Part shown: piece after piece, positions 48,745-62,273 of the stretch
Position numbering within the stretch: position 1 is the stretch's first letter
How the letters are laid out: each line of letters begins with the position of its first letter
Assembly (NCBI RefSeq): GCF_009834535.1
Contig: NC_045732.1
Coordinates: forward strand, 14,508,138 to 14,572,000
Reading direction: 5' to 3'
DNA from: Camelus ferus
Lineage: Eukaryota
Length of the DNA: 63,863 nucleotides
The notes under the pieces: generated by a model
What the model was told of the DNA's origin: nothing
Database searches by the model: none
What the model saw: the letters and a program-made list of their open reading frames with translations, nothing else
Position numbers and translations under genes: made by a program

Positions 48745-50970
48745 TCACTTATTTTCAATGATTTACTCAATAAATTTACGTTGAGCAGTTACTACATGCC
48801 AGGCACTGGGTGGCCGTGTACCGGGGATGCAGAGATGAAAAGGTACACGATTCCTCTCTCCTGAATCTAGGAAATAAGCACATATGCAACGGCCAAATGT
48901 CACGCAGTGAGGTTATTTCTAGGGCAAAGAGATGCACATACAGGAGCAACAGAATCACAGAGGAAGGAGCAGAAAATCCTCCTGGGGAGCGAGAGAAGTT
49001 TCCACTGAGCATGCGCATGATAAGAGGTTCTCTGTATTTAGCTGCCAGAAAGGTGAGTTGGGTAAGGAGGGAAGAGCAAGGGAGATTGGAAAGGATGGGG
49101 GAAGAGGGCGAATTTGGAATTTGACTCTAAAAGTTAGCATCATAACACCTCGTCTTGCCTTTATGAAACTTACCATGTAGCCAGAACAATAGCCATAGAA
49201 ACAGGACTGCAATGAACTGTGGGAAGTTCCGCTGCGTTTATGAACACAAACTGTTGTGTTAACACATCCTCTAGCCACTCCTTCTGCGTGAGCATGTGAG
49301 GAGGCATCCCAGGGCCGAGGGCTGAGCTGGCCCTTGGAGCACGAACAGGTAGGTCTATCAGGTAGAGAAGGTGGAAAGCCATTTCAGGCAGACGGGAACA
49401 CAGAAACAAAGTCTCCAAAGCGTGAACATGCTTGGTAATTGGGATTGGGAAATAGTGAGGTCTGGGGTTTGGAAACAGGATCTGAGATTCGATTAAATAG
49501 AAGAACAGAACAGGAAGCAGGGAAGCAGATGTAGATGGTGTTTTCCGAGTCCAGGGCAGAAAAGTGGAGGTCCTGAGCAGAGGCAGCGATGATGATGAAG
49601 AGCTCGGGAGAGGTTGCATATTTATGAGGAGGTTCGGATGCAGAACATAGGGGAGCTGGGAAGCTTCCTTTTTTTTTTTTTTTAATTTTTTCAGTTGGGA
49701 GCTGGGAAACTTTTAACGGAAGGGATGAGAGAGGAGCGGAAGATGGTCCCCAAGTTTCTGACTTCACTGGCTGAGTGGCTGGAGAAGCACTAACTGAGAT
49801 AAGAGACAGAGAGAGGAATGGCTGGGGGGTATGGTCAGCAGAATAGTGGCCCCCAAACGTGTCCATGTCCTCATCCCTAGAAACTCTGAATGTTACCTTA
49901 TATGGCAAAGGGGTTTTTGCAGATGTGATTAAATTAAGGATCTTGAGATAGATTAACTGTGGATTCTGGAGATTATTCAGATAGCCCCAATGTTATCACA
50001 AAGGTCTTTTAGGAGAGAGGTAGGAGAGCCAGGGGCAGAGAAAGAGATATGATGATAGACGTAGGAGAGAGAGGGAGAGGGATTTAAAGATGCTTTGCTG
50101 CTGGCTTTGAAGATGGAGGAAGGGGTCACAAGCTAAGGAAAACAAGTGACCACTAGAGGTGGAGAAGGTGAGGACACAGATTCTCCCCTGGAGCCTCCAG
50201 AAGGGAGTCAGGAATGCTGAATCATTTTGGACTTTTCATTGTTTTAAGCCACTAAGTCTGGGGTAATCTGTTACAGCATCAATAGGAAATTAATACAGGG
50301 AACAAACAGGAAAAATAAGAATTGAATTTTCTGTATGTTGAATTTGAGTACCTGGGGTGCACCTATTCAGAATTCATACCAAAGCTGGAGTAAAATGTGT
50401 TGAGTTGGGAGTCTGTAGTATATGGGACATGGTGATGCTGGGGGAGTGAAGGGGGTTCTTACTAGGAGCAAGAATAAGAAAGTGGCTGGGGTCACACCCT
50501 GGAAAACAGCAACCTTGGAGGATTTCACAAAGGAAAAGGAACCAGCAACAGAAATGAGAAGGAAGTGAGAGGAAAACTGAGAGGGTTGTGTCATAAAGGC
50601 CCAGATGAGATGACTGGAAAGGGAACTGTCAGTAAAGCGAAAGTCTATTTGAGGCCAAGTGGCAAGAGCTCGGAGGAGAGGGCACTGGACTTGGCAATAT
50701 GGCGGGTCTTTGGGATGTTGGCAAAAGCAGCTGCAGTAAAACTGTAGGATGGAAGCCAAATCAGGTGGAAGAATGAATGGGAGGTGGAGAAGTAGAAATC
50801 ACGACAGTCCATGATTTCTAAGAGCTTCTTTTGCAACAGGGTGAGAACTGGGAGGGCTGAGGGAGAAGTATTTAATATTCGTTTGTTTGCTAATTTTTGA
50901 ATTTGGGGGTTATCTGAGCTTATTGTAGGCTGAGAGGTAAAGATACTGAATGTAAGAAAGAAGAGGGCAT
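48745..50970 (-). mobile_element. Long L2 remnant (3' end to RT region) interrupted by MLT1D
   Basis: Reverse L2 3' end at about 48750 and a purine-rich body. The minus-strand peptide HLIWLPSYSFTAAAFANIPKTRHIAKSSALSSELLPLGL aligns by eye to L2 RT (NPLQSGFRPHHSTETAL.KV.NDL.IAKS). Confidence 0.75.
49830..50297 (+). mobile_element. MaLR solo LTR, MLT1D-like
   Basis: tatggtcagcagaatagtggcccccaaa...gatgtgattaaattaaggatcttgagat...ggctttgaagatggagg...aataggaaattaataca. Confidence 0.9.
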
Positions 50971-52554
50971 GGTGGATAAAGGCTGACTTCTCTAGAATCC
51001 TCAATTTTAAGAGTAACAATTTCAAGAGAGGCCATATTTATTCGTGCATTTAGTGTGAACACATAACGTGAGACTAGCTCCCAACAGCCTTTAAAGTATC
51101 CATTAGCTAAGAAAGTGAGATGTTTTCACAATCCTGTGGTTTTCACAACCTGTCTCATGAATTTCTATCCATCACCAGGGCTCTGATGGTAGGAGGGGTG
51201 GAGAATTGAAAGCAGGGTTTGTTTGTTTTTTTTTTTTTTGTATATGTTACAGGGAGCATCAGAAATTAAAAAAAAAAAAAAAAGAACTTAATCCAGGCAT
51301 TGATCCTAAATAGATACAATTTTTACTTTGTTTTGGGAGTTAAACTAAACTAATTGCTGAAACATTAATTTCAGCCTGGAACATAGTGTTAAATACAGTT
51401 TGGAAGGAGAGAAGCTATGAATCCAACCAGAGTCCAGGAAACATGGATGAAGGAAGTAACAATAAATTTCTGAGTTCCTTTACACCAGTTTGAGTGTTTA
51501 CAGTTTAAGCTGAGGATTGAAGATTGAAATAGCCTAGATGATTCAGAAAAGAAAAAAAGAAAAAAACTTGTTTTTTAAAAAATATCAAATCTCCTTTAGT
51601 TTGTGAATATAAGAGTTTTCGGTGATGTAAAAAATAAACAATGCATTTTTCACTTTTTGAAAAATGTAAGGAGTAAGAGTTATATTTGAAAATAAAATTT
51701 CCTTGTCTGTCATCATGGAAATTTGCCTCCAACACCTAGGACAGTGATACCCCGAGTGTATACCCTATGATGTGCAGGTCCATTGAAAATAATACTTTCA
51801 AGATGGCCACACTGCGGTGTGTAGGTTTAAATCTGATAGATGTGTTATGGATATTAAGCAAGAAAGAAAACCATCAAATTCCTTTAAGCCATCTGAAAAG
51901 ATTTCCCAGACCCTTTCTAGTGCATTATATGACATTAATTTGTTGTTGCTGAAATCCTCAAACATTCCACAACTCTTATTAAATTCAAAGGTAACTTAAC
52001 CATTTGCTTTTGTGGGTTTAAAAGAGTGACTTCCATCACTAGGGTTTCAAATTTACATGTTATTTAGGATGATCTTTTGGATAATTAGTAATACACTCCA
52101 GTAAGTTTGGTCAGTGTTATCCATTGTTCCTGGAAATCTGATTTTGTATATATAAAACAATACACTGTCCTAAACATCAAGAGATTAAGTTGCTGTATAA
52201 AGCCCTCAAGGTGTTTCAAGAACTCTGGACCACTCCTAAATCTCTGAGCTGCACAGTACTTTCCGTAGGTGCTTTGGATTACTAGAACATTGTTTATCCG
52301 TGTCATTTTAAATGTCCATCTCTCACATAAATAATCTTCCTATGAGTCGCTTACCCAACAGGATGCTTTTCTGATGTGTGTAATAAAGATTTAAAAGATA
52401 CACCTCTGAAACAAGACTCTACTAATATCCTAAAGAAAAACCACACTGATGAATGAAGCTTAAATCTGAGCTGAGGGATAACAAAAGGGCTTGTATATGC
52501 TTCTCAGTGTAAATGGATTGGGGCACCGTTTGTGTCTCTTGTTTTGGTGAGTGC

Positions 52555-52900
52555 CACTGCCACCTGTCCAGCTGCTGAGAATCGAAACCTCAAAGTCATC
52601 ATTACAGCTCGCCTCTTCCTCACACCCCACATCCAATTAATTACCCAGTCCTGTTGATTCTATGACCTCAACATGTTTGGCATCTGACCCCTCCTGTCTG
52701 CCTCCCATAGTTCCTTCTCCCTGAATTTTGTCATGGCCTTGGTATTGGTCTCCGCAGTTTTGGCAGCGTCCTTCCCCATTACTCCTCTCCACTGCCTCCT
52801 CGTTTCTCTTCCTATGATTTGGATGATATCATTTCCTTGCTCAAAAGTCATGAAGAATCGCTATCACAAATAGCATGAAGCACAGGATGCTCAAGCCGAT
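52555..52900 (+). mobile_element. L2 fragment
   Basis: aaacctcaaagtcatc...cctcacaccccacatccaatt...cagtcctgttgattcta. Confidence 0.7.
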
Positions 52901-53189
52901 ATTCAAACCACAACAGTATGGTCCACGGACCAGCGTGGTTCATCATAGGGATGCAGAGAGACACAGGGCGGACTCATTCAGAAACTTCTCTAGACATTCT
53001 TTCCTTTTTCCCTATATGTGTTCTGATTATATTCATTGAAATGTAATTACATATCTGTTGCATCTGCTAAAATAGTTTTCAATTTTGCAAATTTAAAAAG
53101 TATTTTAATACCCTTTTTTTCCCAGTAATTCATTTTTACTGTTGAAAAACATGTATCAGGAGATCACATGTTGGAAATTTAAAACTGAC

Positions 53190-53360
53190 TATGAAGCACT
53201 GTTCCACAACAGTCGACTGGCAGCGTCCCCATCACTTGGGAGCCTGTTAGAAAAGCAGAATGTGAGGTCCCACCCCAGACTTCCTGACTCTGGGAGCGAG
53301 TCCCGGCAGCCTGTGTTTTAACGAGCCCTCCATGTGCTCGCTAGCATGTGAGAGACACTG
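53190..53360 (+). mobile_element. MER5A-like MITE
   Basis: catcacttgggagcctgttagaaaagcagaa...caccccagac...tgtgttttaacgagccctcc. Confidence 0.7.
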
Positions 53361-53384
53361 ATAATTGATCTTTCCACCACTTCT

Positions 53385-53528
53385 TCAACCCCCTACAGCC
53401 CCTGGTGGCTGTGAAGCACTTCAAATGTGACTAGTACAATGGACAAATTGAATCTTTAACTTTATGTAGTTTGACTTGAATCTAGCTAGCCACATGCAGC
53501 TCGTGGCTGCCATATTGGACGGCACTGG
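53385..53528 (+). mobile_element. MER3-like fragment
   Basis: gcacttcaaatgtgactagt...tagccacatgcagctcgtggctgccatattggac. Confidence 0.7.
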
Positions 53529-54999
53529 TCTATTCCTTATACTCTATCCTTAAATGGAGGACAGCCGCAGCGCCACCTCTGTGCTATATTTTTACGCTTT
53601 TCAGTCCACTGAGGAAGATGTTTTCTGACCCCAGCACTCTCATAGTAATCTATTCAATTTCACCTATCTTTCAATATTTTCACCTCTTCCGAGAAGACCT
53701 CCAGCATCTTCCTTATTTAAATTAACTTCCCTCCTTGGTTTCTTTTTAGTGTTTTTTTTTTTTTTCTAGTTCTCTTATAGAATTTATTACTCTCTGCTTT
53801 GTGCCCAAGCTACTGAGGGATGGGTTTGCCCTCCCTCAGATGGAGAGCTGTTGGTTTCATCATCTTTTATCCCACGACAGCACCTACCCGATACTTTGCA
53901 AATGGGAGGCATTCATCAACCCTGTAATTGAATTAAACCTCCATGAAACCAGAAAGAAGTCTTCAACACCAACAATGCATCCTAGTGTTCTTAGAAGTCA
54001 AGACAGATCAAAATGTTAACATACACAATTTAGTTTAGAAAAGGAAAAATGTTAAAGCCATGGTGAAACATTTGTCACAGGATCAAAATACATTGTTATA
54101 AAAATAAACACAGTGCCTGCCTCGTCATTTCTTTAGCAGCAGGAAAGCATTTTCCCTTGGCAATCCTCTACCTCCATCAGAATTGTTCCTTAACTAAATT
54201 TGAGATTAAAAACAGACTTGTAGCTTAAAAAAAAAAAAGTCACTCCTGTTGGAGAAGCATATTCTTGGTGATATAAAAGTAGTTTTCCTATCAATCTCAT
54301 AAAATGTATTAGACTTCTGAATGGATCAATATTTTGCTACAAATTTTAAAAAGTAATGTTTATTTTTCCAGAAAAGGTGTGAGAAAATTGTGAGAACACA
54401 ATTCATTCTGCTTTATTTCAGCTTGATCCTGTTTTTACAAAGCTATAAAATTAAAATACATGAAATTAACCACACCAAACCAAACATTAGGGTGGTTAAT
54501 AATTAAGTATATTCTGCCATCAGGGTAATAAACCTCATTAGACTTTTATAGGGATTACATACCTGCACTGACTCACAGATACAGCGCTGCAGAGAACTTG
54601 CACTTCACAATGCCCTCACACAAAAGGCAATGGGAAACGTATGTTACTTTTCAACAATGGGCAATGGCAGCATTCCTATTAGATTTGAAAACCTGAATGT
54701 CAAATACAATTGACAGTTTTCTGTGTGCCTTTCATTATGGGAACTCATCAACTAACATCAATGCCAACTCCCCTTACAAGTTGTGTTTTCAGAAATTTTA
54801 GGTTGTCTGATTGGGCCATGGTGGAAAAGCACACGATTCAACAAGCTCCAAGCATCCACACATGACACATCTGATGTTCTCCTCAGTCTGTTCTGAGGAG
54901 CTAGGGAAAATGCATGATTCCAGGCAATACTTTCTAATTTATTGTGGGTACTAATTTAGATGAAGAATAGGCTGGTAGTCCAAGAGAATATATTTATCT

Positions 55000-55325
55000 C
55001 AATAATCCACAATTTATTAGAACATAATAGCAAAAAATATTTTAAGACATATGGATAACTGAAAAAAAAGATGTCACAGTAAAAAAGATATAATCCTAGT
55101 TATGTAAAAAATAAGTAAGTATGTGTGAAAATATAGAAAAATAACTTGAACTCCAAACTATTAAACTGGTTTCCCTTGAGTGACTAAGTAATGGTGGTAG
55201 GGCAATAAGGAATATATTTTTCATCTACTTTATGTATTTTTGCTAGTTTGAGTCTTTTATAACAAGAACATTTCCATATACTACTTGTGTAACCAAAAGT
55301 AAGAATTACTTTTTAAAAAATTAAA
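55000..55325 (+). mobile_element. Old L1ME-like 3' end
   Basis: AT-rich, with ccaaactattaaactggtttcccttgag-type L1ME 3' motifs. Confidence 0.45.
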
Positions 55326-55489
55326 AATTCTATTTAAAGAAAAGTAAAATAAGTATATATATTTTTTTCCTGACAGAGGATTTTTTTCCTAAATAGTACA
55401 AACCAAAGCAAGTTTAAAAAAATTGTTAAGAAAACATAATAAAAAATTAAACAGGTCTCCCTAATGAACAGTGGTTAACTCTCATTAAT

Positions 55490-55700
55490 CATAACAAATA
55501 TTTATATAGTACTTTATAGTTTAGAAATTGCACTTTACATTTATTAATTTAATGGTGAGATAGATTTTACCATCATATTTTACAGATGAGGAAACTGAAA
55601 CTCAGCCATGTTAAACCATTTGACTGTTATCACTGAGGTACTAAGTGGCAGGGCCAGAATCTGATCGAAATTCTGACTCCAAAACTCAGATGTCAGCCAT
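55490..55700 (-). mobile_element. MIR
   Basis: catattttacagatgaggaaactgaaactcag. Confidence 0.8.
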
Positions 55701-55986
55701 CACATTCCCTCAACTCAAAGAGATGCAGTGCAGAGAAACGGATGAACTGAATCTGACTGGAGAAGTTAAACAACCTAATCTAGACAATTAATGACTTTAT
55801 AAAGTTTAATGGATTTATTTGAAGCAATTATGTATGAAATAGTAATATTTTACACAGCCTAAGAGGTCTCTAATAACTTCCCTCCATACTCTTTCCAGTG
55901 ATTCTTTAGTTAGAAGAACCAGCAGTTCTGACTTAAGTTTCCTTGGATCCCAAGCCCATGGTCATGGTTATATCACATTTCAAGTC

Positions 55987-56130
55987 CATTCATTGTTCAT
56001 TCACTTGTTCCACAAATATGTATTGATCTCCCAATGTGTTGCTTTCTCTTTGTGTAGGAAATGGGGTCAGGAAGAAGAATAAGGCATTATCCCTGCTTTC
56101 AGGGAACGCCAATTTCTGGGAAAATAGGTG
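55987..56130 (-). mobile_element. L2 3' end
   Basis: cattcattgttcattcacttgttccacaaatatgtattga. Confidence 0.65.
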
Positions 56131-56188
56131 TAAAATAATAAACCCGTGTGGGAGAAAGAAGAGCAACACCAGAGCATGTGCTGAGCTG

Positions 56189-56396
56189 AAGTGGTTCTCA
56201 ACAGGGGTGACTGTGCCACTCTGGGGGATGTTCAACAACATCTAGACACATGTTGGGGGTCACAACTTGGGGAGGTAGCATATAGTAGGTAGAAGCCTGA
56301 GATGCTGCTAAACATCCTATAACATACAGGGCAGCCTCCACAGCAAAGAATCATCTGGTTCAAAATGCTAATAGTGCCAAAGTTTAGAAATCCTTT
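56189..56396 (+). mobile_element. MER20 hAT MITE
   Basis: agtggttctcaacagggg...gatgctgctaaacatcctat...aatagtgccaa. Confidence 0.85.
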
Positions 56397-56669
56397 GCTA
56401 AGGCATCTTGCTCTTTCCAGACTTTAAATGAGGAAATTTATACTGGCTAAACTAGGGGAATTTACAATTCCACAATAATGAGTGGATTAAAAATGTAAGT
56501 CATCTACTCTTGAGTAAAAGCCCTGATCCTATTTTTATCTGTCTATGAGATTAAGACAAAATATAACTTTTCGAGAAGTGGACTAATAATACATAATTGG
56601 GAAGGGTGGGAGATTCTCCATTTTTAGGGGAATGAATTCCCATTCTTCTGCCCTACCCTTGGCCGAGTT

Positions 56670-57060
56670 CCCATCATCTCTCCTTCCCGAGAGTGCTGTG
56701 CACCAGGATCAGACTGTCTTCTGTCCAGCCCTCTGAACAAATCTCCACTTCATTGAGGATAACATTCAACCTGGCTTCAACACCGACAAGGCGCCTGTGA
56801 CCTGGACCCTGACGACCTCACACCCTCACCTTGCTCACTCTGCTTTAGCCACAAAGATCCCAACTCAGGGGTGCCATATATTCTCTTTCCTCTAACAGGA
56901 AGTCTCCTCCCCAACCCCTTAGGTTTCACATCACGACCTAAATATCATGCCCTCAAAAAGTCTTTCCCTAACTTCCCTAATTTCTTTTCATCCTCTCCCT
57001 CCTTATCCATTTTCCCTGCTTTTCCACCATACTCTGTGCCCCTTGCCCCTGTGGCTCTCT
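56670..57060 (+). mobile_element. L2 fragment
   Basis: cttcattgaggataacattcaac...ccttgctcactctgctttagccaca. Confidence 0.55.
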
Positions 57061-57496
57061 CTGTATGACTTAAGCAAAGTTGGTAGCTAGCTCCAGACTT
57101 GATTCAGCCAATGGGAAGCATTGGTAAGAGATCTGAGGGCTGGGGGAGATGGACATCCAGGCATTTCAGCCTCCTTTCCTATTTAGGTGTCATCCTGGGA
57201 GGTTTCCTTCTGCTAGCGCCTTGGGTTCTGGTTCTCATTAAGCCCTGGTGCCATATTCTGTCCCCTTATCCCCTCCAGTTGATGCTAGTTTCTGGTTAAG
57301 CTCGCATCTCTCCTGTGTTCCCTTAACTGTTCCCCACCTCTGGAAGGGGCCCCTTCAACAAATTTTCATTTGAACCATCTAAAGTGAATTTTGTCTCTGG
57401 CCAGAACCTGGGCATTCATGAGCCTCAGTCAAAATCAGTAGATTCTTTGTGTTATTTTTCATATCAATACTTTCACAGCCCCAGGTAATTTTTCCC

Positions 57497-57745
57497 CATT
57501 TAAAAAATTGAAGTATAGCTGATTTACAAGGTTGTATTAGTTTCTGGTGTACTACAAAGTGATTCAGTTATCCATGTAAATATCCACATATTCTTTTTCA
57601 TATTCCTTTCCATTACAGGTTACTATAAGCCATTGAACAGAGTTCCCTGTGCTATACAGTAGGACCTTGTTGTTTATCAATTCTGTCCATAGTAGTTTGT
57701 TTATGCTAATCCCAAACTCCCAATTTATCCCTCCCTCCCCAGGCA
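57497..57745 (-). mobile_element. Cetartiodactyl L1 3' stub
   Basis: ttgaagtatagctgatttacaa...gttccctgtgctatacagtaggacc...cccaaactcccaatttatccctccc. Confidence 0.9.
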
Positions 57746-58039
57746 TTTTCCCTCTGAGCTCTTATCATATTTTATAAATGTGCATATGAGTGGCTATATT
57801 TTGAATCTTTGTGTAATATCTGTCACCTGACCCAGCACAATTATGTATGTTCCACAGGGTCATGGCTGTTTGGTCAATGATGGTTGAAGGGATGAATTAA
57901 AGAGCAGACCACGTCATCAGTGAAGATAGACACCTGAATTTTTCATGAAATAAATCAGTATTAAAAAATAATGTTAATATAAAGAATTTATGGAAGAATG
58001 AAACAACATATGTGAAGGAAAATGCTTGAAGCTTTAAGT

Positions 58040-58240
58040 ACATTCATGAACGCATTCAACTGACATTTGCTCAGCACCCTGAAGTACCACATTCTTTATC
58101 AGGTATTGGGAATAGAGGCATGAAAAGGAAATAGTTTCTTTTCTCAAAGGCTTCTTATAGGCCAATGGGTAAGACTGAAATGTAAAGATAACAGGGCATC
58201 TGAGAGACTTAAGCTGGGGGCACAATGGGGTCAAGAGACT
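58040..58240 (-). mobile_element. L2 3' end
   Basis: cattcatgaacgcattcaactgacatttgctcagcac. Confidence 0.6.
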
Positions 58241-58281
58241 GCTATCAAAGGGGGAAGATTTACAACGGAGGCATCTGGAAA

Positions 58282-58455
58282 TTTATTTTATTTTTCATTT
58301 TTGTTTTTGTTTTTTTTGGGGGGGTGGGGAGAGGTAATACTTATTTTTTAAATTTATTGTCATTATTAATTTTTATTTAATGGAGGTACTGGGGATCAAA
58401 CCCATGACCTTGTGCATGCTAAGCATGCACACTACCACTGAGCTATACCCTCCCC
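58282..58455 (-). mobile_element. Vic-1-type SINE, long-tail variant
   Basis: Reverse-strand tRNA-Ala head with an extended G/T-rich tail. Confidence 0.9.
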
Positions 58456-59133
58456 ACCCCAGAAATTAAAAAAAAAATTAAGAGCATGTTTTAATTTTGT
58501 TCAGAAAACATGACGGCTAATACGACCGTAAATTCTTTGTTCCTCAAATTCAGGGAGGAAAGGAAGGAAGCAACATCTAAGCCAAAAGGTTGCGTTGGGG
58601 TAATGTCTCAGCCCAGATTAAAGGGTCCAATTGGCATCGGCAGGCAAAGATGTAATGACATGAAAATTGCCTGGGTTTTGCTAAAAGACTCCAAACATGT
58701 GGGTTCTGATCGTAATGCGAGCCCAAGTCATGCAATCGTGGAAGCCTCCAGCTAGAGTTCCCGAGGAAACCTGTCTCTTCTGAGTTGAGGAAGGTTTAAG
58801 TCATTTACCCGCTGTCAAGTCTGATACACATGTGTGTGCCACTGCGTGGTATGTATGGGTGTGTGTGATTACAATATGACATTTATAATCCTCAAGGTAA
58901 CAGTTTGGTTCAGCAACATTCTTTCTGTCTTGAAATATTAAGACATATTCTAACATCTTTTTTCACTGAAGGAATATTTTTTAAATCCTCTTGTCTAGGG
59001 GAAAACAGTTATCTCAACAAATCCTTTTATCATTGTCATGATTTTTGTCGATGAGTTGCCCCAGTGCAGTCACCAATCATTCTGATTAGAACCAAATAAA
59101 CACTTAGGTCCTGTCCTCAGTCAGACATTAGAC

Positions 59134-59353
59134 CAGGGGTCGGCAAATTTTAACTATAAAGGCCAGCTAGTAAATATTTTAAACTTTGTGAGCCATGTGG
59201 TCTCTTGCAACAATTCAACATGGTCATCATAACATGAAAGCAGTCATAGACAAGATGTAAATGAATGGGCATGGCTGTGTTCCAACCAAACTTTCGTGAC
59301 AAAAATAGATGGCAAGCCAGATTTGGCCTGTGGACTATAGTTTGCCAGCCCTG
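59134..59353 (+). mobile_element. MER58A hAT MITE (full length)
   Basis: TIRs caggggtcggcaaa ... tttgccagccctg. Confidence 0.9.
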
Positions 59354-59631
59354 CACCAAACTATAGAGAAGAAAAGGGAAAAAAGGGGACTGGGAATGAG
59401 GAAGACAGCTCCCAAACAAGTGGGAAAAATAAAATCATTGATGGAAACACTGCAGTGGTACCCAGAAGAGAATGTTCTCACTTTAAGCTATGCTAAGGTA
59501 ATGATAATAAATCAATAAACTCTGGCCTGCTATGTGAGAAAATAAAAGTAATTGGTAGAATTTCCTACCAACTAGAACTACTGCGCAAAAAATCCTACTG
59601 TGAAAAATATAAATAAGTTCATAGCTCTGAA

Positions 59632-59879
59632 NNNNNNNNNNNNNNNNNNNNNNNNNNNNNNNNNNNNNNNNNNNNNNNNNNNNNNNNNNNNNNNNNNNNN
59701 NNNNNNNNNNNNNNNNNNNNNNNNNNNNNNNNNNNNNNNNNNNNNNNNNNNNNNNNNNNNNNNNNNNNNNNNNNNNNNNNNNNNNNNNNNNNNNNNNNNN
59801 NNNNNNNNNNNNNNNNNNNNNNNNNNNNNNNNNNNNNNNNNNNNNNNNNNNNNNNNNNNNNNNNNNNNNNNNNNNNNNN
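59632..59879. other. Assembly gap (248 N)
   Basis: N-run seen directly. Confidence 0.95.
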
Positions 59880-59975
59880 GCGTAACTGCATAAATGTACA
59901 AAACCCCCACTGCATTGTACACTGCAAAAGGGTGAATTTTCTGGCCTATGAATTATATCTCGGTTTTTAAAAAGG
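59880..59975 (+). mobile_element. L1MB-type 3' end
   Basis: gtacactgcaaaagggtgaattttctggcctatgaattatatctc. Confidence 0.7.
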
Positions 59976-60339
59976 GAGGAGGGCATGCTCCCTGAATGCT
60001 GCCATCTTTCTGGAAGGCAATTGGAGGCAATATACATTAAAAGTCCTACAAATGTGAGAAGCAAAAGAGAAATCAGAGCTAAGAAGATGTGCAAAGAGAA
60101 AAGCAGCAAATAAATACATCGTTTCAGCAACCAGGATGCTTCTCTAGTCATCAAGTCAAACACAAAGGGGCCTCGACCACATCCTGAGCACAATGAAAAG
60201 GTAATACTTGACCAGTCCACATCCCTGGAAAACGGCCATGGATATCTGATCTGTTTATATGAGTCAACAACAGATTCGCCTGGACATAAAATGATTATCG
60301 CTGGGCACTGGGTAAGGAGCTTTTCAGGCTTTGCTGATC

Positions 60340-60420
60340 CTTTCCACAGTTCCGCAGGGTATGCATTATTAATCCCATTTTACAGATGAGCAAACTAACT
60401 GTCAAAGGCCATGCTCTTTC
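60340..60420 (-). mobile_element. MIR core
   Basis: tattaatcccattttacagatgagcaaact. Confidence 0.7.
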
Positions 60421-60589
60421 CCGCATCCCTCCCCATCTGGCGGATCCCAGGGGATGGTGCCTCAAGCAGGCAGTGGCTGTTACACCCTGAATGTTCCTCA
60501 GCTGCGTTCTTTCCTTGAAGAGGGCTACGTATGAGGCCCTGCAAACAAGTTGACAATATCGCCATATGCATTTCAGCCCCAGGCTCTCT

Positions 60590-61148
60590 AAGTGTCTCCC
60601 AGCTCCCTCTGCCCACAACTGACAGAGGGATCTATTTAAAACTTCAATCAGCTCCTGCCCCTTCCCCCCACCAACTCCAGCTTTAAAAGTCAAGCTCCTC
60701 ACCTGGACTTAGAAGAGCCTAGACACCCCGGTTCCTTGACTAGCACGTGCGCTGCATCTTGCCCTTGGCCTTCCTGCCCCAGCCAATGGGCGTTCCTTTA
60801 CAGCAAGTCTCAGAGGCTCGCCTCAGCCAGTCCCTCTGCCTGGAATGCCCTTCCCATGGCTGACTCCTTACTCAGGTCGCCTCCCACAGAGACTGCCTCT
60901 GTCTACTGTTCTCAAGTAGTGCCAATTCGTCCACAATTCCTTCCCTCCTTTTTTCTTTCTTTCCTCTTTTCATCGTTCCTTCTTCTTCCTTTCTTTCTTT
61001 CCTTCCTCACCCCCCAGCCCCCGCGCCTCTTCTCTGTCCACTAGAACGTAAGCTCTATGAGAACATGAATTCTGTGTGGTTCACTGAAGGATCACCTGCC
61101 CCAGCCCATTTTCGGCACTCAAATATTTGTTGAAAGAATTAATGAATG
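60590..61148 (+). mobile_element. L2a 3' region
   Basis: tccctctgcctggaatgcccttccc...ccactagaacgtaagctctatgag...cactcaaatatttgttgaaagaattaatgaatg. Confidence 0.85.
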
Positions 61149-62047
61149 CAGATGAAACCTGGCAAAGGTCCCATGTTTAGCTAAATGATTAAAGATCTAA
61201 ATCCCACAGCACATCGTCTTGGCTCTGCGGAGCACTAACCAATAAATGGGAGTTCTAATGACCACTAACTTCAGAAGGTCCTAATCAACACCGACCATTT
61301 ACAAGTCCCCCACCCCCAAAGCTCTATGTCTGAGACAAGCTTCTGCCTGGAGAGAGTTTTTATTACACACTCATAAAGCCCTGAATCATGTGGTTTACAG
61401 GGCAAGTGCTAATGCAGTCATAATTATATTGGTGTGAACACATTGTCATAGAAATAAAGCAAACATAGACACAGGCATTTAAGAGAAACCAGCTGCTCCC
61501 AACACAAGATCCACTGTCGCATAGAAACCGGTCAGCAGGCACACAGCTAAGGAACTTGAACTGAGCGACGGAAGGGGACACACCCTATAAATCATGGAGC
61601 AAAATGGCAGTTTGCGCCAACACCTCAGAGTAACCAACTCACTACCCAGAGAGCTACGCATTTTGGGGAAATTTGTCAGTCATGGACAACATCTTCCCCC
61701 AAACGGTGACTGCCATTCATTTTTTGTTTAATTAACCCCAACACAAAAAAAGCATAAACTCCAGTCTGTGGGTGATTTCTTTCTCTTCTCTTTGGAAGCA
61801 GATCAAGAAACAAGAAGGGACATGACTTCATTATAAACTCAGCACTTACCTATGTATTTTTTCCCCTTTTTAATCTTTGAAATAACAGTTGATCCATTAA
61901 GAGACTCGAAGGTGAAAAATGTCAAGCCTTTGACCTTTTCTTAGTTCACACGCATACTAAGCCAATGAAAACATACCCACCCACCTACCCACCTACTCCA
62001 TCTGCCCACAATTAGCACTTTCTATGGACTCAGTGATGATTCTAGAG

Positions 62048-62273
62048 CAAGGTTTCTCAGCCTAGGCACTACTGACATTTTGGATCAGTTAATTCTCCAT
62101 CAGGAGCGGCGGGGGAGATGTCCTGTGCGCTGTACAATGTTTAGCAGCTTCCCTGGCCTCCACCCACTAGATGCCAGTAGTGCCCCCTCCCTCAGCTGTG
62201 ACAACCAAAGATGCCTCCGAACACTGCCAAACGTTCCTTGGAGGGCAAAACCACCCTGGATTGAAAACTGCTG
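62048..62273 (-). mobile_element. MER20 hAT MITE
   Basis: Reverse MER20; 8-bp TSD ttctagag / ttcaagac. Confidence 0.9.

Noticed and set aside
54579-54638. 60-nt candidate exon (cag|...AAC|gtatgt)
   Set aside because: Weak pyrimidine tract, and all three frames are open, so there is no discriminating evidence.
59483-60220. 245-aa ORF and the other X-containing ORFs near 9.4, 32.1 and 47.1 kb
   Set aside because: Their length is inflated by N-runs.
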